A stretch of 64,000 nt of DNA from positions 162 through 64,161 of the forward strand of contig JAZNUB010000033.1 of the NCBI GenBank assembly GCA_045592105.1, given 5' to 3'. The notes under the pieces were generated by a model. The model searched no databases. It had not been told where the DNA came from and saw nothing but the letters and a program-made list of their open reading frames with translations. Shown here in pieces: positions 7,977-15,013 of this stretch (the stretch's first letter is position 1; each line of letters opens with the position of its first letter). A program made the translations under genes and the position numbers. The stretch comes from Eubacteriales bacterium. Lineage in GTDB: Bacteria; Bacillota; Clostridia; Oscillospirales; CAG-382.

Positions 7977-10900
7977 TTAAAGGCTGTCGATAATGCCTGC
8001 ATCGTATTTAAGAATCATCGCAGCATCAAGGTTGTCTGCAGAACCGTCGTTGTTAACATCGGACCTATCTACGTTGATAGTCTCGATGATACCGGCATCG
8101 TATTTCAACACCATTGCAGCATCAAGGTTATCGATGTAACTATCTCCGTTAATGTCACCTAACAAAGTATGAATTTTTACATCATCGGGGAATATAGTAG
8201 TATTGTTGTATACTAAAGCATAACTACTCGGTTCAACATCCATCATTTTAACTATTTGTCCATTAAACTCTCTGTTGTTGATAAGTGGTATATTATCCTT
8301 GGTGATGGTTCTTAAACGTTCTGTACCGGCCCCATATTCTGTCACGGTATACTCCATAGTTCCTGAATCTGTCGCAATTATCTTAACAGAATATTTTTGG
8401 TCAGTAGGAAGAGCGATATATTTTTCACCACCCTCTACAAACACGTCAATCCCATCAGCAACATATTCCTTAATATTATCTACTATTCTTACAACTTCTT
8501 TACCGCTTTCGTCACAAACAAATACATTAACAGGACATTTTATGGCAATGACTTTTGTGTTACTTGCCACCGTAGAAGACGAATTGGTGTTGTGGCATTG
8601 CAAATTGTCCATTGTTCTTTTTTGAGCCAAAATATCGGTAATCAAACCATCGTAATCATCTCTACTAAATAGTTTAATGATAAGTGAATCGCTTTTTGTT
8701 TCGAGCGAATTGACCGTATGTTGCATTATATAACCCTGTGTTGCTTTATGCAAAGCAAACGCATACTCGAAAAGAGAAACTGCATTATCATTTCTATCAT
8801 TATATAACTTAGACTCATAATGATTTAAAGTGTTAATTATATACTGCGCGAATTCAGACATTGCAACAACTTTGCTCATTTCTGCCGCTTTTCCACTGTT
8901 ATCACATAGAATATCACTAATGCAGATACCTAAAGTCGCACCAGTAGCAACAGCGCCCAACCCTGTACTAATAGTAGAAAAAGCAGTTGTAGAAGAAAGT
9001 AATGCTCCAGATTTTAATGTTATATTTCCTATAGCGTTACATATTGAAGATACCACTTGCTTTTTAAATAAAGTATTAAATACATCAAGTGTAATGTCAC
9101 CAGCCATATCTCGAACTTCATTTAATATTTCAGAAGAATATCCTAAATAAGAATCAACATTTACATAATGATATACAGCATCTTTCAATTTCTTTTCAGA
9201 ACTTGGAATTTGATTATACAAGTTTTGAATTACTGCTTTAAATTCGTCATCCATATCTTTATATGCATTCAGGACTGAAACACCATCGATGAAATCAGCA
9301 ATGTCGTTTGTGATATCCACACTTAACTCAAAGAATGAAAAATATTGTTGTGTTTTATCGATTGCCGCAAAAGCAGAGTTGACTTTATCAATACTAACTT
9401 TATCTCTAAGTTTTAATACGACAAGATCACGAATTTCATCATGTACATCCATTCCTTCAGTTGTGTATTTGCTCTTTTTTAGCACCTTATCGATTGCGTT
9501 GTCTGTTACATTTAAGTATCCCGTGTAGTCATCTTCAACGATTGTTGACACTTCAGACAAAATTGTTTTATAGTTCCCAACCCATTCTTTTACAACGGGG
9601 AGCAGTGAAACATGTCCCAATTGCGATGTGTTCATTAATTCAATCAAAATGTCGGCAAACACAACTTCATAATAATTTTCAAAATCAAATGTGGAATACT
9701 TTGACCAATTATATTCATCCTCATACCACTTATAGTCACCCGTTTTAAGCGTAACCATTGTTTCGCCGTATATATTTTGTTTTGAAATCTTATAATCCTT
9801 ATTTGACGATATAAAATCAATATGCTCGTTAGCACTCTTTGTTTCAAGATTTTCAATAGTAAACGAGTACTCGTCCGTTAGGGTTTCAAAACTTTCCGAT
9901 TCTAAAGATACTGTAACAGTATAATTATTACCGGAAGATGCAACGGTCAAGTTGTTCGGGAAGAGCATTAGAATGTCATCAACCGCCTGTGTTAGAGAAA
10001 TCGCATCTAAAGTAACAGTATAGGTATTCGTATATGTATCTCTATCAAAAGACAGTCCTGTGCCATTAACCGAAGCAGTAAGAGTTATTGGTTTAATATC
10101 CTTAAAGGTTTCTTTTTCTGTATCTTTGGCAATTATTTCATCAATGCCGGATATATTTGCTACAGCTTCTTTTAATTTATTTTCAAGCAAAATATAGATT
10201 TCAACACAGTCAGAAATAGAGGATACCTCGCTGTAAAAGCCTCCATCAGCATAATATTGCTTTGTATCATAAGTGCTTGTGTAATTTAAAACGTTAGGAT
10301 CTCCAACATATACGTGGCAAAATGTGCTCAAGTTAAGGTCATTTTTACTGTTAATTAAAATATGTTCATACCCTTCAGAAAGACCTGTAATTTGGCCATT
10401 ATCATCAATTTTAATAACTCCTGAATCTTCATAGAGTTCTGCATTCCAATCAATATCAGATGCATTAACAACTTTATCATTAGAATAAACGAGTTCTCCG
10501 TTTACATTAGCAACATCACGGCTATGTACATTTAAAGTTTTCGTTTCGCCAATATCAAAAATAACAATTGGTTCTTCAAAGTACCATTGTTTAAATGAAC
10601 TTCCGGGGTTTATTGGATTTGGTTCAGTGGCGGTTGTTCCCCAATGAACTGTTGCACTACAGTTATCAAGCCAATCTTTATCCCAACCTTTGGGCTGTGA
10701 TTCGGCTTGGCAATAGATATCTGTGAGAAAATCACAGGCATAAAATGCTCCCAAAACGATTATTGTTACAGAATCGGGAATTTCTATGCTTGTTAGCGAG
10801 GTGCAATTTGAGAATGCAGAACGACCGATTGATGTTACAGAATCGGGGATTTCTATGCTTGTTAGGGCAGAACAACCTGCGAATGCATAAAAACCGATCG

Positions 10901-11681
10901 TTGTTACATAATTAGGAATAGTAGAATTTTTACAACCTGCAATAAGTTTATTTGTCGCAGTTTCAATCAAGCAGTTATCTTTGCTATGATATACTTCATT
11001 ATTAACATCAACGGTTATCGATGCTAATGATGAGCAACCGGAGAATGGATTCCAATCGATTGCTGTTACAGAAGCGGGAATTTCTATGCTTGTTAGCGAG
11101 GTGCAATTTGAGAATGCAGACATAACGATCGTTGTTACAGAAGCGGGGATTTCTATGCTTGTTAGTGAGGTGCAATTTGAGAATGCCCCATGACCAATTG
11201 ATGTTACAGAATCGGGGATTTCTATGCTTGTTAGTGAGGTGCACCTTGAGAATACACTAGGACCGATTTCTGTTACAGAATCAGGGAGTTCTATGCTTGT
11301 TAGTGAGGTGCAATTTAAGAATGCAGAAGAAACAATTGTTGTTACAGAATCGGGGATTTCTATGCTTGTTAGTGAGATGCAATTACAGAATGCCCTATCA
11401 CCGATTATTGTTACCGAATTAGGGATTGTTATGCTTGTTAGTGAGGTGCAATTATAGAACGCATCATAATCAATTTTCGTCACAGGCAATCCATTGATTT
11501 CTGCAAGAATTACCACACTTGTTACCGATTCATCGCAATCGTCAACGTAATATGTATTGTCTTCGCTTAGTGTGTATATTAAACCTTGTGAATCGGTTAC
11601 CGCAGAAGCCGACAACGTTGAAAGCGGAGCGAGGGAAAGTATCATTACAGCTGTGAGAATAATGGACAGAATTCTTTTCAT
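7977..11681 (-). CDS. secreted 1234-aa multidomain protein: signal peptide, BspA-type leucine-rich repeats, Ig-like (Big_2-like) domain, ~700-aa unknown region, C-terminal type I dockerin
   Basis: Start moved to the ATG at 11681 (RBS AAAGGAG; MKRILSIILTAVMILSLAPLSTLSASA). About 10 repeats of the type CTSLTSIEIPDSVTxIGxxAFxxC. C-terminal duplicated GDINGDSYIDNLDAAMVLKYDAG / DVNNDGSADNLDAAMILKYDAG. Confidence 0.85.
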   Translation of the reverse strand: MKRILSIILTAVMILSLAPLSTLSASAVTDSQGLIYTLSEDNTYYVDDCDESVTSVVILAEINGLPVTKIDYDAFYNCTSLTSITIPNSVTIIGDRAFCNCISLTSIEIPDSVTTIVSSAFLNCTSLTSIELPDSVTEIGPSVFSRCTSLTSIEIPDSVTSIGHGAFSNCTSLTSIEIPASVTTIVMSAFSNCTSLTSIEIPASVTAIDWNPFSGCSSLASITVDVNNEVYHSKDNCLIETATNKLIAGCKNSTIPNYVTTIGFYAFAGCSALTSIEIPDSVTSIGRSAFSNCTSLTSIEIPDSVTIIVLGAFYACDFLTDIYCQAESQPKGWDKDWLDNCSATVHWGTTATEPNPINPGSSFKQWYFEEPIVIFDIGETKTLNVHSRDVANVNGELVYSNDKVVNASDIDWNAELYEDSGVIKIDDNGQITGLSEGYEHILINSKNDLNLSTFCHVYVGDPNVLNYTSTYDTKQYYADGGFYSEVSSISDCVEIYILLENKLKEAVANISGIDEIIAKDTEKETFKDIKPITLTASVNGTGLSFDRDTYTNTYTVTLDAISLTQAVDDILMLFPNNLTVASSGNNYTVTVSLESESFETLTDEYSFTIENLETKSANEHIDFISSNKDYKISKQNIYGETMVTLKTGDYKWYEDEYNWSKYSTFDFENYYEVVFADILIELMNTSQLGHVSLLPVVKEWVGNYKTILSEVSTIVEDDYTGYLNVTDNAIDKVLKKSKYTTEGMDVHDEIRDLVVLKLRDKVSIDKVNSAFAAIDKTQQYFSFFELSVDITNDIADFIDGVSVLNAYKDMDDEFKAVIQNLYNQIPSSEKKLKDAVYHYVNVDSYLGYSSEILNEVRDMAGDITLDVFNTLFKKQVVSSICNAIGNITLKSGALLSSTTAFSTISTGLGAVATGATLGICISDILCDNSGKAAEMSKVVAMSEFAQYIINTLNHYESKLYNDRNDNAVSLFEYAFALHKATQGYIMQHTVNSLETKSDSLIIKLFSRDDYDGLITDILAQKRTMDNLQCHNTNSSSTVASNTKVIAIKCPVNVFVCDESGKEVVRIVDNIKEYVADGIDVFVEGGEKYIALPTDQKYSVKIIATDSGTMEYTVTEYGAGTERLRTITKDNIPLINNREFNGQIVKMMDVEPSSYALVYNNTTIFPDDVKIHTLLGDINGDSYIDNLDAAMVLKYDAGIIETINVDRSDVNNDGSADNLDAAMILKYDAGIIDSL
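10740..11465. repeat. near-identical 69-bp tandem DNA repeats encoding the LRR units
   Basis: TCTATGCTTGTTAG(C/T)GAGGTGCAAT recurs at 10783, 10852, 11083, 11152, 11221, 11290, 11359 and (11428). The period is exactly 69 nt. Confidence 0.85.
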
Positions 11682-11883
11682 AATATCATATCTCCTTTTG
11701 ATTTTTTGCAACATAATCTTCATTATGTTGTATTTGACTTAATTCCTATCAACTGTTAACACAAGCAAACTGTATAACGTAAAAAACGATGGCGCATATT
11801 TTTAAACGCTTGCAACTTTTTTCGTAATTAAAAAAAGTGCGCAGTCGAAACCACGCACCGAAAAACGCAGTTTCGCTCATTGT

Positions 11884-12009
11884 TGCTACACAATTTCACA
11901 CCTGAACGGATATGACAAGCAAAGCCTACGTTTTTACCAAACGTATAGCCGTTCAAGATTGATAATTGTGTAGCACGAATATTATATCACGAACTGTTTT
12001 GTTGTGCAA
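11884..12009 (-). promoter_or_regulatory. promoter plus long inverted repeat at the start of the LRR-gene leader
   Basis: Minus strand: TTGCAC (12009-12004), 17-nt spacer, TATAAT (11986-11981). 12-bp arms TGCTACACAATT (11884-11895) / AATTGTGTAGCA (11964-11975) with inner TGAACGG/CCGTTCA pairing. Confidence 0.4.
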
Positions 12010-12126
12010 CCGTTTTTAGGTAAAAAATAACAGTTTAAAGCGTTTTTACTATATTTTCAATGATTTAATTCAATTAAGAACAATGCTTTATAGAGAGTTT
12101 AATAGAAAAGTTGGATTAAAAAGATT

Positions 12127-12549
12127 TCAGCCCTTAGGGAGTAAGGTTTTGATGCCTGTCTCCCTTTTCTGTTTTTGGGGCTCGGCGGTGGATTCCTCGG
12201 TGGAATAGAATTCGATGATATCGGGTAGAAAAAGACGGGCGAGGGATTTGATAACGTGGTCGGGGATTTTTTCTTCCGCCACATTGCTTTTCAGGTAGCT
12301 GCTTAGTCTGTCGCAGAGTATTTTTGCTGTCTGAGAGATTACCGAGCTGTCTAAGGGCCTTGGCAAGGTCATAACCGCCAAGACAAATACACAGCCTAAG
12401 ATAGCTATAGCAAGCTGTATTACACTGTAGGTGCCGAGGCTGTCTAAGACACCGATTTGTGTGGACAGTACTTGGCTTTGGGGCAAGGTCATAAGCTTGG
12501 CTTGGGTATCAAGCAAAGTTACGGATAAAATAATAAAAGCTAAAAACAT
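12127..12549 (-). CDS. hypothetical membrane protein (140 aa), last gene of the mob operon
   Basis: RBS AAAGGAG 8 nt upstream. Two hydrophobic segments. No recognisable family. Confidence 0.6.
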   Translation of the reverse strand: MFLAFIILSVTLLDTQAKLMTLPQSQVLSTQIGVLDSLGTYSVIQLAIAILGCVFVLAVMTLPRPLDSSVISQTAKILCDRLSSYLKSNVAEEKIPDHVIKSLARLFLPDIIEFYSTEESTAEPQKQKRETGIKTLLPKG

Positions 12550-12552
12550 TGG

Positions 12553-12744
12553 TTAAATCTCCTTTTCTGTTGGTTGTCGTAATGGCGGAGCGGCTTTGCC
12601 ACTTTTGCGCCGTTTTTTAAGCCTTCGCATCAACGGCGCTATAAAAAGCCTGTCCGTTGATTCTAGGATAAGTAAAACGCTTTCGTGTACGGTTGCAAGG
12701 CTTGCTATGACAAGTGTCATAACGGATAATAAGGTGTTTTTCAT
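12553..12744 (-). CDS. hypothetical small membrane protein (63 aa) with basic C-terminus
   Basis: RBS GAAAGGA upstream. N-terminal TM helix followed by RRLKKRRKSGK. Sits directly downstream of the relaxase gene. Confidence 0.55.
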   Translation of the reverse strand: MKNTLLSVMTLVIASLATVHESVLLILESTDRLFIAPLMRRLKKRRKSGKAAPPLRQPTEKEI

Positions 12745-12817
12745 ACGTGTTTCCTTTCTAAATTAAATCTATCTTACTAAGACAAATGCAGGGCATATAG
12801 CTTTGCATTTGTTTTGC

Positions 12818-14143
12818 TTAATAATCGTAGTCATACTCTTGCTCTGTGGTGCGCCACTCTTCTCGACTTTCCCAGTAGCGTTTCGCTTCCGGTACGTTGT
12901 TGTAAAGCTCGTAAAAATCGTTCTCATAATCCTCTATTTCGGATATTGCGGTCTTGAGTTCTGAGCGAGCTTCATCTCTTTCCTTAATCGCTTCGTCCCG
13001 TTCCTTTTCTGCTATGTGAAGGCGCTTTTTTAGGTTTTCCACAGTGCTGTTATAAAAGCTTTTTAACTTTTCTTCAATGTCCCTTATCGCGTCACGCGCC
13101 CAGTCGTGTAGGGTACGTGCGTTGAGGCATGCTGCGAACTCCTTCAAGGAGAGGATTATCGAATCTTCACCAATCAATCTTTTTTTCGTCTTGGCATCAC
13201 GCTTTAACTGTTCGGGAGATACAGGCGGTGGGAGTTTCTTATACGCCTCAAGCTGTGCCTTAAGAGGCGCAAGCTCGCTTTCCGCTGAGTCTATTTCTTC
13301 GGTCAAGCGAGTGACCTTCCTTTTGCCGTCCTCTATGCTTCTTTCCAAATCCGCTTTGTACTTCTTTGCCACCTTGATGTAGTCATCAACGTTGGCTTTT
13401 TCTTTTAGCGCCTTTTGCAAGTCGGCTTCGGCATCGGTTTTGAAGGTTCGGCTGCTGCGACCTCGTTTTGCAAGCTTTTCGGCGGTTTGCTTTTTGTACT
13501 CGTCCTCGCCTAACTCTTTCCGTTTTTCTGCTTCGGCGGCTTTGTCGTAGATTTCGCAGTCTGCAACGTCCCATCCCTTGCTTTTCATATAAGCAGGGAT
13601 TTCTCGGTTAATCTTGTTGAAGAACTTAAGATTATGCACATCTTTGGCGCATAGGCGACCATCGGCTGTCATTGGCTCCCAAAAAATGTGAGCGTGGGCG
13701 CCAAGCTCGTCAAAGTGATAGGCAACGCTTTTTATGTTGTGCTCTCCGACGATTTCTGAGAATTTGCATAAAGCATCTGCGAGAAAGCGATGCTGGTCTT
13801 GGACGGCCAAGGCGTTCATAAAGGAAGCCGGCGGTTTAATAATAGTCGCAATCATCGCAACGGCATCTTTACGGATTTTTCTGCCGCCTTTTGCGACGGA
13901 TTCGGCGCTAAGGGCTTTGATGTGTTCTTCCGAATACGCTAAAAGCTCTTTTGCCGATTTGTAACCTACTATAAAGTTTTGACCGCTTAGCGCCCTGTCA
14001 ATGTCCGGGTCAAGACCGTACCGTTCCTCAAGGGCTTCTTGAGCAACGGATTGAAAACTGCCACAGCTTTTTGATTTAGTTCCAACGTTGTTAAGCTTCA
14101 GGGAAGGAAGTCCGATTTTGATACCTGTATTAGATGTGCTCAT
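12818..14143 (-). CDS. MobV-family (Mob/Pre plasmid recombination enzyme) relaxase
   Basis: HFDELGAHAHIFWEP matches the HxDE..(P)HxH motif of Mob_Pre relaxases. Long C-terminal coiled coil. Start moved to the ATG at 14143 (RBS AAAGGAG). Confidence 0.75.
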   Translation of the reverse strand: MSTSNTGIKIGLPSLKLNNVGTKSKSCGSFQSVAQEALEERYGLDPDIDRALSGQNFIVGYKSAKELLAYSEEHIKALSAESVAKGGRKIRKDAVAMIATIIKPPASFMNALAVQDQHRFLADALCKFSEIVGEHNIKSVAYHFDELGAHAHIFWEPMTADGRLCAKDVHNLKFFNKINREIPAYMKSKGWDVADCEIYDKAAEAEKRKELGEDEYKKQTAEKLAKRGRSSRTFKTDAEADLQKALKEKANVDDYIKVAKKYKADLERSIEDGKRKVTRLTEEIDSAESELAPLKAQLEAYKKLPPPVSPEQLKRDAKTKKRLIGEDSIILSLKEFAACLNARTLHDWARDAIRDIEEKLKSFYNSTVENLKKRLHIAEKERDEAIKERDEARSELKTAISEIEDYENDFYELYNNVPEAKRYWESREEWRTTEQEYDYDY

Positions 14144-14403
14144 ATAAATGCGCTCCTTTCTTTGACGAGTCCGGGATAAATTTTCTGCATGGCCTCGCCG
14201 TACATATTGGTTATTAAAGAAAGGTGGCACCGATAATAGTTTTAGCTAAAAACAAAAACCGCCGTGTTATCCACGACGGCAAAAGAAAGAGAAAGATGAG
14301 TTTCGCATCATCCCCTCGTAGATTTATACCATAAGTATGTGCCCTCGTACTTATTGACATAAGTACAGGGCGCAGGGGAGACCCCTACAACCCCCAGCGG
14401 GAG

Positions 14404-14457
14404 ACGAAGGAAACGAGGGGAACGAAGGGAACGACGGGAACGAGGAAAACGGGGAAA
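14404..14457. repeat. six tandem 9-bp purine-rich units ACGA(A/G/C)GG(G/A)A
   Basis: ACGAAGGAA ACGAGGGGA ACGAAGGGA ACGACGGGA ACGAGGAAA ACGGGGAAA, read directly from the sequence. Confidence 0.8.
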
Positions 14458-14488
14458 AGCGGTAAGTGAGGCTTACGCTCTCTTACCG

Positions 14489-14533
14489 AATATATATGTG
14501 TTCGTAGGCTTTGCCGCGAAACACATATATATT
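14489..14533. promoter_or_regulatory. 14-bp perfect inverted repeat (candidate oriT or recombinase site 1)
   Basis: AATATATATGTGTT (14489-14502) / AACACATATATATT (14520-14533) with a 17-nt loop. Lies between divergent mob and recombinase genes. Confidence 0.45.
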
Positions 14534-14680
14534 ACATAACTTTAGCGTTTTTACTCACCAAACACAAATATGTTACACGGCTTCGTTGCTCTGCGCCTAC
14601 GCAACATATTTCCGTTACACGCCTTCGCCAGCTGTTGCCGCGAAGCACGTATATATTACACGGCTTTGCTTCCCCCCCCG

Positions 14681-14719
14681 GTAATATGTATGTGTTACAG
14701 CGAAACACATACATATTAC
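14681..14719. promoter_or_regulatory. 16-bp perfect inverted repeat (candidate oriT or recombinase site 2)
   Basis: GTAATATGTATGTGTT (14681-14696) / AACACATACATATTAC (14704-14719) with a 7-nt loop. Paralogous to 14489-14533. Preceded by a C8 tract (14672-14679). Confidence 0.45.
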
Positions 14720-15013
14720 ACAACTCTGCTCAAAACCAAAATGTAAACATTTTATGAACCGAAGCGGCACGGTGGAGGCACCTGGGGATAAAAATGCAGA
14801 AAAAGCCTTTGAGTTGGGTCGCACACCTTCACTCGAGGGCTTTTTTGAAAAGTGCTCTAAGACAGCTCGGCTTGACTGCAGACTCGGTTTGCGGTATAAT
14901 ATAGGGAAAAGAGAGCTTTTGAAGGACGAAAACATTATTTTAGCACTAATATTGTAATACATATACAGACGCACAAAAAATATTGCGTTAATAGATGAAT
15001 GAAAGGTATTTAG

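Noticed and set aside
10740-11465. A regular 69-bp periodic repeat that superficially looks like an array.
   Set aside because: It lies fully inside an open reading frame and encodes 23-aa BspA-type LRR units. It is a coding repeat, not CRISPR or satellite.
14754-14957. 67-aa ORF upstream of the recombinase as a possible excisionase or regulator (also 14532-14723 and 14615-15199 on the minus strand).
   Set aside because: It has no RBS and no HTH-like pattern, and it overlaps the palindrome/half-site region. It is probably non-coding.
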